DNA of 60,103 nucleotides, counting the filler, from Dirinaria sp. TL-2023a (taxonomy: Eukaryota): assembly GCA_051941275.1 (NCBI GenBank). It is 5 parts of 5 records of this genome, joined end to end, with 100 filler letters (N's around TTAATTAATTAA, not from the genome) between each part and the next. Parts side by side here need not be neighbours in the genome. Positions count along the whole stretch, not along the records: positions 48,195 to 60,103 come from JAVEBF010000805.1; 4 more parts are not named here. One strand, 5' to 3'. Below the pieces are notes generated by a model that saw only the letters and a list, made by a program, of their open reading frames with translations, was not told the origin of the DNA and searched no databases. Position 1 is the first letter of the stretch; each line of letters begins with the position of its first letter. This document shows, piece after piece, positions 48,933 through 60,103 of the stretch. The position numbers and the translations under genes are program-made.

Positions 48933-50898
48933 TCATCGAGGGCGAGGAGGCGCCCCGCGGTTATTATTATTGCCTCTACCTCTGCCTCTGCCTCTCCCGC
49001 CACGGGCACCTCCACCTCCACCTCCACCTCCACCTCCACCACGCCCACCACGGCCTCGACCACGGCCTGGATCTGGAGCAGGCGGTACGACGTCTTCATC
49101 ATCGTCGTCGGAGTCGCTTTCGGAGTCGGAGAAATCGCTCTCTGTGTCTGTCTCGTCGTCATCGTCGTCGTCGTCTGAGAAGGCATCACTATGATAGGGG
49201 AGGGGGTGTTAGTTTGGAAATATAGATATGGATGGAATTAGCTATTTGGGTGTAAGGCTGAAAGAGGCTGGGGCTTTTGTTTTGTGGAAAATGAGTTTTT
49301 CAAACGAGGGGCAGGGAAGAATCAGCGTTTAGGATTTTGCGGGAGTGAAAGACGGGCTGAACTCAGCCTGAAGTAATGTCGACTCCAGGACAATCTTCGC
49401 GTAAGAAAAGAAGAAACAATGTAGGCTATCGACAAGCTAAGGAGCAAACGACCTACCCGAGATCCCCCTGGCCCCCGAAACCAATCCCCACGTCTCCGCC
49501 ATCGCCACCTTCAAGCTCCCATAGCCGCATATAGCATCCGTTCTGCGGGTTGTTGAAATGCCTGTACGGATTCCCCTGCTCCAGCCAAGAGCTACAGAGG
49601 TAGCAGAAATGGCTCTTGCACTTGAAGCAAATCATATGATTGCAGCCCAAGCTCTTCTGGCACGGGGCAGTGCACGTAGGGCACGGCGTCGAATGAAGTT
49701 TGATATAATCCTCAGACGCCCTTTCCTCGGCGGAGATTTCTCCCGGGTTGCGGCTTGTGCAGTATTTGAATTCGCCGTGCCAGGAGGCTTTGCAGACTTG
49801 GCAGAAGGCGAAGTTGCAATCTTCACAGATCGCGAGGCGGTCGGCTGGGGGCAGAGTCCAGGGTTTGCTGTCATTCTTGCCAGTACTGGATTGGCGGTCT
49901 GGTGTGTACTGGCCCATGTTACTAAGCGATCTGGCGTCTGCCGCTGCTTCTCTGGCAGCTGTGCGAGCAGGGCCTTGGCACCATTTACGTGGACACCAGA
50001 CGGTAGTAGGGTCTGACTCATACTTCTTCTTCCGCTTGAGGGTGATATAGCGCTGCACCTGTTCCTGACTGAGGGGGATCTGGAGCAGCTCGCTTGGATC
50101 AAGTGTACGGTCGTCATCTCGACCTTCTGTCTGTGGCAGATCTTCTCCGCATTTCGGTGTTATACACTTCACGCTTCCGACATCTCCCTCGGTGATACAT
50201 GAGTTGAAAAAGTCCTGAAGACATTGCACGCAAAAGACGTGCTCGCAATCTAGGAATTGGTGGCACTTGGAACCTTTCTTCGGTTCCAAGCAGATGCCAC
50301 ATTCATAGGTTCCGGACTCGAATTTGGCGCGCTTGGCTTTGAGATCAAAGTCGAGCAGCGCGAGTTTCAAGTCGTTCGATACTTCCAAAAATTCCCCGTC
50401 CTCTTTGACCAGACCGAAACCGTTCTCTGCAACTTCCCGTAGATGGTCGATATATGCGAATACCACTTGATCCCTGCCCATGTCTTCCCATATCGTACGC
50501 CCCGATTCCTTCAGCTGCCTAAGTCGCCAGTCCGGAAGCCAAGGCGGTTCCGTCAGTAGGCGAAAGCAGGGTGGCGTTTCTTTTGGATACCCCTCCGGAA
50601 GGCCAATTCTTAGTGTGAGAGGTGGCAAGTGGGCTAGCTTCTGAACCTCTTGCGCAGCAACTTCGACGGTAGCGTGAGAGGCCTCATCGGACGGTGGAGG
50701 AGTTGGTAGACGGTTTTCTGGATTCACACCGGCAGGAAACCGAATCGCTAAAGGCTCGATGGGCTCCACTGGGATGTCAATAGTTGCAGAAAATGGATCA
50801 GAAGAATCAATAGCTAGCTCGGGATAGATGGCAGCAACACTGGATATTTCGACTGCCCGTTCATCATCTCCGCCTTCTGTATCGTCGTCGTTGCCCAT
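48933..50898 (-). CDS. ITT1: RWD-RING-IBR-RING (RBR) E3 ubiquitin ligase, Itt1/RNF14-like
   Basis: RWD (HLPPLTL...YP), RING1 CGICLEPKKG...CEHVFCVQC, IBR WCPRKWC...CEDC...CQVC and RING2 CPTC...GCNHMIC...HFCYLC. Intron 49189-49456 leads to an acidic plus RGG tail. Confidence 0.85.
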
Positions 50899-51212
50899 GG
50901 CAAAAGTCGCACTTCATCGGACTTCCAAGCTATTAGTGGAAGGAATTCGAAAGAAAAAATAGTAAATGATGAATGTTGAGTATTCAAGAAAGATTGCAGA
51001 TCATTTGAGAAGCTTCAAAGTCTTTGCGACCATGAGTGCATATAGACTGAGTCATTAAGTCAAGACGCGATATGTTGAAAGGAACCGTGACTGTCGACTC
51101 CTAAAGCCGTCTTAACCCCGGATTAGTCATTCATTCACAAGGAGTGGGAGTGTAAACACGCGACCATCAAGAAGAAAAGAATATAGGTACAGTATACCTC
51201 CATCGATTCCTC

Positions 51213-52038
51213 ATGGAGGACGCCCCATTGGCCTCGCTATCACTGACGCATGTTCACTATGTAAGCCTTGAGTCTACATCCCGAGGAAAGGCGATCTGAT
51301 CAGTGGAACTAGAATGCCGCCGACCCTGTATCTTACCTCTGCGCCTGGCTTGCTCTGGTGCCTCAAGCCTTGTGTGTCATCTACGCCACTTTAATATGGT
51401 CGAGCCGCGAGCTCGAAATCGTCTTGATGTTCACCGGGCAAATGGGCTGCGAGGCTCTCAACTTCCTTCTCAAACGTCTCATCAAAGAAGAGCGTCCGAA
51501 GCGCATGTCTCCTTCCCCGTCTACGAAACAAAAAGCCTGGATTGCTGATATCGCCGCAGAAATGAACGGAAAGGGATATGGCATGCCCTCATCGCACGCG
51601 CAATACACGGCCTTCTTTTCCCTCTACCTGATGCTTTTCCTCCTCCTTCGACACCGCCCGCTACCGGCGTCTCCTTCGCACCGTCCGTTCACACTGTCCC
51701 AGCGCGCTTTGCTGTCGCTCCTTGCAGTACTGTGCGCTGCGATTGTCGCTTGGAGCCGCATCTACCTGAATTACCACACCCTACCACAAGTACTCGTTGG
51801 CTTTGGCGCGGGCGTTGTCTCCGCGTTGGGATGGTTCGGAGTCACTGAAGGTGCTCGGAAGTTCGGCCTACTGGAGCGCGTCCTTGACACTAGAATAGCA
51901 ACCGAGCTCAGGATGCGAGACTTGGTAGTGGAAGAAGACCTGGTTGCTCCCGGGTGGGAAAGATGGCAAAGTAAGAGACAGAAACAGAACGGCCCGCGGC
52001 ATAGAAATGGAGCCTCTACGGATAAGAAGCTTCGCTAG
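51213..52038 (+). CDS. CAX4: Dolichyl pyrophosphate phosphatase (PAP2 family)
   Basis: MEDAPLASLSLTHVHY|NAADP, KRLIKEERP, GYGMPSSHAQ and SRIYLNYHTLPQVLVG. Confidence 0.9.
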
Positions 52039-52899
52039 AACAAATCCATGAGCTTCTCAAATTTACCGCGGTCTCAGCGAAAAGGAGGTCGAGTCCATTC
52101 CGCCATTACCAGGGATGTCTTCACGATACGGCGCTCCGTATTTCAAGTTTCACCGGTTCAGCTATTTCTTCGAAGACAAACATTGCCGATACAAGAACAA
52201 GAGGTACGTGACCCAGCAAATCAAAACATCTCCAGTTGTGGCAGATTGCTAAGATCTAATGACCGCAGATTGCGCTAAGAAAATCCATCCTACATTCTTG
52301 CACTAATACCGGTCATCAACTTTTCACCAAATTCCTCCTCTAAATCAGCCTCAGTAAGGACCGATGGGGAAAGCGGAATGAAAATTTCCTAAAGTAAGCC
52401 ACAACCTGCTACTCTCAAAGACATGAAAGAGCGGCTTGCCTCCGCATTGCCTAAGCAATGATATAGCATCCCTTGTTCTATGAGTGACTCTTGAAAAACA
52501 CAGAAGGGGAGAATGTAGAGCAAGCATGCTGAGCTTGCTCATTTCGATTTGAAGGAGTTAAGTATGTCTATTCACAGATGGTCATGAATGATGTGTTCGG
52601 AGAACGATAGGTCATTGAGGATGAGAGAAGCTCTTCCTTGCATAAACCGATTTCGTTCTCGCTCTCCAGCATGTGGCGGCTGAATGCGCTCGTTTTTTCA
52701 AGCACAGAAGATTGAGTCGTGTGTCTCTCATCCTCATTAGGTTGTCCAATGAATCTCTAACAAGCGGGTTATGGGTATCATCGCTTTCAAAAGTAAAATA
52801 GAAAAGACCGCCAGAAGCCCTACCCTCGCATTTTCCATTCCCGGCTCCTCTCTGATGTTAAGCTTCTCATCTAAAAAAAAAATCCCCCGCACAAACACT

Positions 52900-55800
52900 T
52901 CAGTCAATCGTAGTCTTCGCCCTCAAAAAAACCCTCCTGGTGCCTCCTACTTTTCCTAGCTCCCCAACTGACAAGTCTCCGCCTCCATTAGGTTGGAGAG
53001 CCGATTTACTATTATTGCCGCTGCTATTAGTCTTCTCCGCTGGAACGCCCATGACGGATTTCTTGTTGCGGGCCTGATCCAGCACCCCGTCCACCCAAGC
53101 CTGCTTGCTGGGCGAAAGATCGGGTTTCTTTGGTTTGGGTCCAGCGCCGCCGAGAGGGGAGTCGTTTTCTTCCGCAACAGAATGGCGTGAACTGGGTCTG
53201 AAGGCGGGATCTGAGTCGATAGAAGCAGGGGTAGGTCCGAATTCCCTATAACCTTCTGGCGTCTCCGGCATTGGCGCATCGTGGAATGCAGCGTGGCTGG
53301 ATGAGGACGTAGGCCTGCTGCTGGATGCGCTGGCATTGTTGTGAGCAGCTGCTGGAGAACTGGTAAGAGGCGATGACTGAATCTCCTGGATCGCGTATCT
53401 GCTATCTGAGACATAACGTTTGCCATGGTGGGCTGCGTATTCTTTCAGGTACTCGCCTAGATCCGCCCATCCCCCACCAATACGCACCATGACGCGCTCT
53501 CGGCCAATTTCCCCTACCAGTCGTACGAAGAGCTTGATGGGAGCTTCTTTGCTCGACTGGTGCAGATGGTACACTTTGGTTTCTGCGTCACTGCTTTGTC
53601 TGCGGCTGGCGCTCTTTGGTTGTTGGGCCGGAGCTAAAGTCATGGACGGCGAAGGCGTCGAAGTCTGCGCTCGCGTGAAGCGAGGAGGCGTTTGGCGAGT
53701 CAAGGAATCTCTTAGGTCAGGTAAACCTGGCTGTTTGACTTCTGGTGCGTCTTCCTCCGGTCCAGATGTAAGCTGTATGTGCACTGGGACTTCTGTTAAA
53801 ATTGAATTTATTCTGGCCTCGAGTTGCGATGCATCGTTCTTAGCAGGTGACGACTGCTTTGAAATCGGCTTTGGAGGCGATGTGTCAGACTTTTGATTTT
53901 GGCGGATCTTGACTGGAGTAGTGCCAGGTCCAAAATCTTCTACATCCTCAAATCTGTTCCGAGATTTCTTTGGAACCGATGGAGTGTCTGCGGCGGGGAT
54001 AGAACGATCCTGTTCAATGTGGATGCTGGGTCCGGGTAAAACGGTCACTTGCTGCGTCGATCTAGGTTCTTGTGGTGGAGCGATGTCGGATGTAGGAAGG
54101 TCTTTTGTTACGTGGGTTGACTCCTGCTCGAAGGTTGGAGAGCCGGCAGAGTAGCTCTCACTCCTCTGGCCTAGTATAGGCTGGTTCTGTGGGACCAAAG
54201 AGGGGAAATGGTTGTGAGAGCAGTCATAATTACCTACAGGAGTCCTAGGTAAGACCTCAAGGGACTGCATGGACGCGCTCCTTGTCCTCAAATGGCCAAT
54301 TTGGTCCTTGCTATCCCCCATCTGGGCGTAGCTATGTTTTGGATATTCGGGAATAGCATCTTCTGGCAAAAACGTTGATGCGCGACTGCGAGGACTGACG
54401 GGTGCAGCAAAGTTTCTTGCAGAAAAGTCAGCCGACATAGACCTTCCTCTCTCTGTGCGTTGACTTGAATGTCTTGAAAGGCTGCTTAAAGGAGACGTGG
54501 GGCTTTTCTGAACTAAGCCTGGAGTTGTAACTTCTACCGGAGCGCCGAAATACTCTGCACGAGACGCGTGCTGGATTTCTGGGCTCGACATATCAGAAAA
54601 ATAGTCTGATGTTGCTGACCCTGGATAAGATGCGTCCGAACAGAAACTTGAATTCATATTACCATCAGCCTTAGACCCAGGCTGGCTAAGGGATAAGGGT
54701 GCCGGTCTCGAATTACTCCTTGATCTGAACACTGTGTCTGTGACTTCAACTGAGGGAGGGTTTCCCTCGGACGGCAGCGACTCAAATAAGTCGTTGCTCG
54801 GCACGTTAGCTTTAGGTTTCCTTGAAGGAGAGGGTGGAGGTGAAAATGTGAATGGCGAATCAGGCTCCCCCGTTAACGCTTCTCTTGAGAGCAATAGCCT
54901 CTTTAGATGGGATGATAGTTTCTCGGAATCATTCAAGTTGGTACGCAGCGCGTTCGTTGGAGTCTTTTCCAGCTGATCTGGGGTAGTCGTAGCCTCTAAC
55001 GTAGGGCCAGGGGATTCTAAGGCTCCCTTTGCTGCCTCTGGTTCTACCAAAGAAGCTAGCAGGGTCGTAGAACTTTCTTGACTTGTTTTATCCGCAGCTG
55101 AAAATGCTTTTGCTGGCGATTGGCTATCGCTATCACAGCAAGGAGCCGCAACTATTTTGGAGGCTCTGTTCTGTGCTTTCAGGTCGTTTTCCAAGACGCG
55201 CCTCTCCGCCTCGACTACCCAAGTCCCAAAATCTGCTTCAGTAGCTTCCATATGCTCAATCCAAGCGTCTGGAATCGTGTCTTCTCGGCCTTCGAGCGCA
55301 TCTAGCATGTAGTCAAGTCGTTGACCAAGGTCGAAAATACTACTTTCCAGCACGTACCGCATAGTAACAAAAGCGTCTCGATTGAGAGCCTGCTTCGGCG
55401 TTTCGGCCTGGTCAGAGACCATGTCAATTGCATTCCATGCTGATTTCATGGCTGTTCTAGCCGCATCCATGGAATCTAGAAAACCCTGCACTTGCCGTAG
55501 CACCAGTAAGCGGACAGACCATGTGCTGAGCAGGTTGTTCAGACGCGAGAGATCAGGCAATGTTTGCATTATGGTTGCAGTAATGACAGCTGTGAAGTCA
55601 TCCATATGCGCATATTGCACCTGAGAGCCAGAGTCCGCTTGACCATACATTGAACGCCTGCCCCCCGTTGGAAGATGAGAGGCACGAACGTGGTTCTTGA
55701 GCTCCTCCAGCTCCAGCGCATCCATTTCTTCTCGGATAGTCTCGATCCGCCTCTCGTACTCTTCTACCGTGTGCGAGGGCAGGCTCCTGCAGTGAGCATC

Positions 55801-56265
55801 CCGTGGATCAACAGGCGGATCGCCCTGGTCATTGGTAGCATCTCCAAAGCCACGAGGTTTGCTTCTCTGCTCCTTTGCCGTACACCGGTTTCCGGACAAG
55901 AGCTCGAAGCCATTCGCCCCGTCGTTCGAACCAGTAGGCCACGGCCACGCTGCAATCTCCCTGTACCATTCCCTCGACCTTTTGCCCGCTAGTGCAGCCT
56001 TTATACCCCATGCTCTTTCTGTTGCTGATGCCGCTGCAACACTGTCTATCAGACTCCCCTTGCCTTTCATTTCTCTTCCTACTACGGCATCTGTGCTTTC
56101 CAACGCTTCTAATGTAGAGGTTGGCGACAGATCGGCCAGTAATGGGTCGAGCTCATGCGCGATCGCATTTCGCCGTCTCAGAGGGGATCTCGAAGGAGAG
56201 CGTGACAGATCTCGCTGCTCAGAGAAGGTGAATCGTAACGGAGGCTTTAACGCAGAGTTATCCAT
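52900..56265 (-). CDS. GAS2/GAR-domain protein
   Basis: C-terminal KLFVRLVGE...RVMVRIGGGWADLGEYLKEY after a long disordered region; a possible in-frame intron near 54181-54237. Confidence 0.85.
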   Translation of the reverse strand: MDNSALKPPLRFTFSEQRDLSRSPSRSPLRRRNAIAHELDPLLADLSPTSTLEALESTDAVVGREMKGKGSLIDSVAAASATERAWGIKAALAGKRSREWYREIAAWPWPTGSNDGANGFELLSGNRCTAKEQRSKPRGFGDATNDQGDPPVDPRDAHCRSLPSHTVEEYERRIETIREEMDALELEELKNHVRASHLPTGGRRSMYGQADSGSQVQYAHMDDFTAVITATIMQTLPDLSRLNNLLSTWSVRLLVLRQVQGFLDSMDAARTAMKSAWNAIDMVSDQAETPKQALNRDAFVTMRYVLESSIFDLGQRLDYMLDALEGREDTIPDAWIEHMEATEADFGTWVVEAERRVLENDLKAQNRASKIVAAPCCDSDSQSPAKAFSAADKTSQESSTTLLASLVEPEAAKGALESPGPTLEATTTPDQLEKTPTNALRTNLNDSEKLSSHLKRLLLSREALTGEPDSPFTFSPPPSPSRKPKANVPSNDLFESLPSEGNPPSVEVTDTVFRSRSNSRPAPLSLSQPGSKADGNMNSSFCSDASYPGSATSDYFSDMSSPEIQHASRAEYFGAPVEVTTPGLVQKSPTSPLSSLSRHSSQRTERGRSMSADFSARNFAAPVSPRSRASTFLPEDAIPEYPKHSYAQMGDSKDQIGHLRTRSASMQSLEVLPRTPVGNYDCSHNHFPSLVPQNQPILGQRSESYSAGSPTFEQESTHVTKDLPTSDIAPPQEPRSTQQVTVLPGPSIHIEQDRSIPAADTPSVPKKSRNRFEDVEDFGPGTTPVKIRQNQKSDTSPPKPISKQSSPAKNDASQLEARINSILTEVPVHIQLTSGPEEDAPEVKQPGLPDLRDSLTRQTPPRFTRAQTSTPSPSMTLAPAQQPKSASRRQSSDAETKVYHLHQSSKEAPIKLFVRLVGEIGRERVMVRIGGGWADLGEYLKEYAAHHGKRYVSDSRYAIQEIQSSPLTSSPAAAHNNASASSSRPTSSSSHAAFHDAPMPETPEGYREFGPTPASIDSDPAFRPSSRHSVAEENDSPLGGAGPKPKKPDLSPSKQAWVDGVLDQARNKKSVMGVPAEKTNSSGNNSKSALQPNGGGDLSVGELGKVGGTRRVFLRAKTTID

Positions 56266-57146
56266 GGATGGCTAGGGCGCCACCAGACGTCTATGGTAGC
56301 CAAATGCTGAGGTACGAGTACGAGCCAGGTTACCGAAATTCCTGCGGCTGAAGCGCTGGGCATGGCCGAGAAGCTCAAGAAATAGCTGGCCGTAAGCCTG
56401 GTAGTCAAGAGCCCCCTTGAAGTGCTGCTAGACAAGCTTCGGCGATGCGCTGTCAGTCTGTCGACCTCCTCCGCCGCTAGATCGAGTCCGCCGCAACGCC
56501 TAGTGCCAAGAGCGCTCCCTTACCCTCAGAACCTTCCTGTTCGGTAGCGTCTAATCATGCAGGAGCTTTGATCAGTGAACTTGAAATATGCTTCTCGGAC
56601 GCAGGCCCAAGATAATGTCGTGCAGGAACGGATAATTTAAACATGGCCCTTGACGAGACATCGTTGGTCTGGATCGAGGCAGAACCTCGGAACCCTGTTA
56701 TCTTCGGGGGTTGATGAACAACACGGGAACGTGTAAACAAGGTCTCCAGTGCAGTGGTGGGTGACTGTCATCCAACTGATGACAGGAGTGGCGTGAGGAA
56801 AGATGATTGACGAGTTCACGAGTTTACGAATCCATGAAATAGCCGTGTATCGATAGTCGATAAAAGCAAAGTGATTATTGATTCGATGCGCTTGGCGGGG
56901 CAGTTGGCCGGAACAAGGAAGTTCGTCATTATGCATGTCCCATTCTAGAGAGACCACCTGCACCTTTTAGAGCAGTGAGGTGAGGTATCTACACACAGTA
57001 CACCAACCTACACTACCTCTCTCCAAGGCATAAGGCAGATACTCTCAAAGCCGATGCCCACACTTTCGAACCTAGAACAGCCAGAAGACTCTGTACCCAG
57101 CCAGACCTGAGTCGTTCCTACTTTGAGTCGCGTTTCGTCATCTGCC

Positions 57147-59868
57147 ATGACATCGAAAGGCTCCCATCTCCGTACCCCTCCCCTTTCCCCCACAGCATCT
57201 TTCTACGATCTCAGTGACGATGAAGAGGGAGACTACAATACAATAATGCACAGTAGCTCGGGACGTGGGGTCAAGCTGCTGTTCTCCAAGAGCAAAGTCC
57301 GTTCACCTATCCTCCATCAGGTTCCAAGACTTACTGCTAGGCAAGGTCTACGTACACCCTACGCCCTCCTCCAAAGACAATATACCCGGCTTCGTTGCTC
57401 TTATACAACAGAAACAGCCCACACTGGGAACACAAGACCGACCCTCCTCATCCTCATCTAAGAAGAGTCACAGAGCCTCCGCATATCTCCTCGCTTGGCT
57501 GCCTGAATCTTCTCTTGGCGACGCGTACGATGCATACGTAAAGGTCGAGACCACAGACTCACCCTCCCCACCCCAACAGACATTCCTCGTACCCGAACCA
57601 CCCACGACAACCGTCCACAAAGGAGCAGTAGGCGCATATTCCTTTGCTGTTCCTGTTAGCGAAATATATTCCCTGCTCATAAGGCCACCCAGCCTAGGAT
57701 GGTGGTATGGTAGCGTTGTTATCAACACAAGATCAGGCGACAGCTTTCCTGCGCTTTTCTTTCATGATGACGAGTGCCAGTCTACCATTCTGCAAAAGAA
57801 GAAACTGGTCAGAGAGAGCTTTGATCCTTTTGGCGAAGGCGGCGGCACCTTCTGGGGTGGCGATGAAGTCTTAAGATGGCTGAAACGATATGTCACGGTA
57901 GAAAAGTCTGGAGCAGACCCTTCCGTTTTTCTTATTGAGCCAAGCGCGGAGGATAAGCTGGGGTTCGGAAGTCCATCCACCCCGAAAACACCAAAGTCTG
58001 CTTCCAGTACTGCTGAAGGACAAGTGGGAGCTGCCGGCCCAAGCTCTGGCTCGGGACGAAAAGAAGCCAGCATGGATCCGGTAACGAAGGCTTTGAAGCA
58101 GGCAAGATGGAGTTTTCTGGAGAAGATGAGCCAGGTCACGAATTTCACTAGGCGAACGGCACAAGATATTTCAGAGAATCCCAAGATCCCACCACAGGTT
58201 AGACGGCTGATGAAAAATCCTGAAGTCCAAACCCTCTCGGATGAATTCGATAGCGCAAGGGTATATCTGGCGCGGTGGGCCATGGGCATGGCGGAGCAGA
58301 GTGAGAAAGAGAGGAGCCAACGAATATTCACCGCCCAAGATGTTCTTGAAATGGAGGAGAGTGACGTTGGGCAGTTCGAAATACTTGATGTGGAGGCCGG
58401 GAATATGTCATTAAGTGAGAGACGAAAGCCCGTCTCACTAAAAGAATGGAATGGCTTTTTCGATGCACAGACAGGTCGGTTGCAGGTCACAGTCGATGAA
58501 GTCAAAGAGAGGGTCTTCCTGGGCGGTCTGAACGCTGAAGACGGTGTGAGGAAGGAAGCTTGGATGTTCTTGCTAGGTGTGTATGAATGGGACAGCACAT
58601 CCGATGAAAGAAAGGCTACAATGAATAGTAAACGCGACGAGTTTATTAGATTGAAGGGTGGTTGGTGGGAGCGTATGATTGATGGCAGCGGGACTCCAGA
58701 AGAAAGTGAGTGGTGGAAAGAGCAGAAGGGTAGGATAGGTACGCTTCAATTTCATGACTGTCTGGGTTTGACGCTTGCAAGCTGACTCAACCCATTGCTT
58801 GGGGTTCGACATATAGAGAAGGACGTGCACCGTACTGACCGTCACATTCCGCTTTTCGAGGGCGAAGACATTCCTCATCCTGATCCTGACTCACCTTTCG
58901 CAGAAGTCGGCACCAATGTTCATCTAGAACAGATGAAGGACATGTTGTTGACCTACAACGAGTACAACAAAGATCTGGGCTACGTTCAAGGAATGAGCGA
59001 TCTGTTGGCACCAATTTATGCTGTCATGCAAGATGATGCTCTGGCATTCTGGGGTTTTGTCAAGTTCATGGAGCGAATGGTAGCTTCGGCCCGAATTCAG
59101 ATTTTGCTCCCATCGTTAACATTCTCGCAGGAAAGGAACTTCCTCCGAGACCAGTCAGGCATGCGTAAGCAGCTTCTGACCCTCGATCATCTTGTCCAGC
59201 TCATGGATCCCGCTCTCTATCTCCATCTTCAGTCTGCCGATTCCACCAACTTTTTCTTCATGTTCCGCATGCTCCTTGTATGGTACAAGCGCGAGTTCGA
59301 ATGGACTGACGTGCTTCGCCTGTGGGAATCGCTGTGGACCGACTGGCTGAGCAGCAATTACCACCTTCTCATAGCCTTGGCAATCCTTGAAAAACATCGG
59401 GATGTCATTATGGAGCACTTGAAGCATTTCGACGAGGTACTGAAATACGGTACGTGGAGCTCTCTATCTTCGGTGCTTAAAATGAGGAGCTCACACATCC
59501 AAGTCAATGAATTATCCAGCACTATCGACCTGCCCTCCACGCTTCTACGAGCGCAGGGTTTGTTCCGCCGCTTCCAGCGCACGGTCGAAGCCATAGATAA
59601 GAAAAACAATTTCCCAGCACCCAGAGTGCGCCAGCGAAAGCCCGCAGAAACAACAGCTGCCAACAAGAACGCTGCTCAGAAACAGAGCACGCCCACTCGG
59701 AAGACTGCAGGTGCCGGCACAGGTTCTGACGCAAAGGCCGCAAGTGGTACCGAAGACGGTGAGAATGCTCAGGAGAAAGTCATCAGTCCCGAGCTTCGAG
59801 GCCTGTTAAGTCGGGAGATCGAGGTGCTTGATAAGCAAGGTATTCGGGAGCATGGGGGAGGACTCTAG
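57147..59868 (+). CDS. GYP7: Ypt7 GTPase-activating protein (Rab-GAP TBC domain)
   Basis: VKLLFSKSK|VYVHPT, PALFFHDDEC, VRKEAWMFLLG, I|EKDVHRTDR, GYVQGMSDLLAP and FFFMFRMLLVWYKREF; four introns. Confidence 0.93.
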
Positions 59869-60103
59869 CTCGACTTCGTTTGAGGTGACTCGGTGGTGAT
59901 CTTAAAGCATAAGGAGTGCGTGGAGTTTATGGCGATTAGGAAAATATTGACTGTACCGAGAACGGACAAGAGAGCAGTGTTTCTCCTCAGTCGGTCAAAC
60001 GATTATGCAAAAAGAAAGGAATTTAGGACTGATGTTCCCTTCCCGCTCAGCTATGAGCGAAAATGATTGCCAGATCTGCTTTCTGTATCGGATGAAACTC
60101 GTG

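Noticed and set aside
52583..52683. ATGATG…CTGA box C/D snoRNA-like spacing
   Set aside because: Imperfect C box, no terminal stem and no recognisable rRNA guide.
57762..58598. 278-aa antisense ORF, and similar shadow ORFs over BRR2, the NLR and the GAS2 gene
   Set aside because: These are antisense shadows of well-supported genes.

Overview
Eukaryotic, intron-containing DNA from a filamentous ascomycete (Pezizomycotina). It is not one locus: five size-sorted contigs (1-11960, 12061-24014, 24115-36059, 36160-48094, 48195-60103) are joined by artificial N44-TTAATTAATTAA-N44 linkers. Contig 1 has a truncated conserved gene, ATG29, a NACHT-ankyrin NLR-like gene (zinc finger inserted in the NACHT domain, 536-nt intron, apparent frameshift at the start) and an acetyl-CoA transporter. 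Contig 2 has a gene-poor, repeat-rich block, an amino-acid permease, a secreted two-domain protein and a KP4 killer-toxin-like gene. Contig 3 has a hypothetical gene, BRR2, a SAM methyltransferase and a truncated mitochondrial protein. Contig 4 has an Mtr-type permease, an MFS transporter, a carboxylesterase, a DUR31/NCU01977-type symporter and an MBA1-like gene. Contig 5 has an RWD-RBR E3 ligase, CAX4/CWH8, a GAS2-domain protein and GYP7. The strongest hidden signal is a TPP riboswitch in the long third intron of the symporter, with visible long-range anti-P1 pairing next to the 5' splice site. That mechanism is known from Neurospora NCU01977, so it is not new. I found no clearly undescribed system. 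All family calls come from motif recognition by eye, not database searches.
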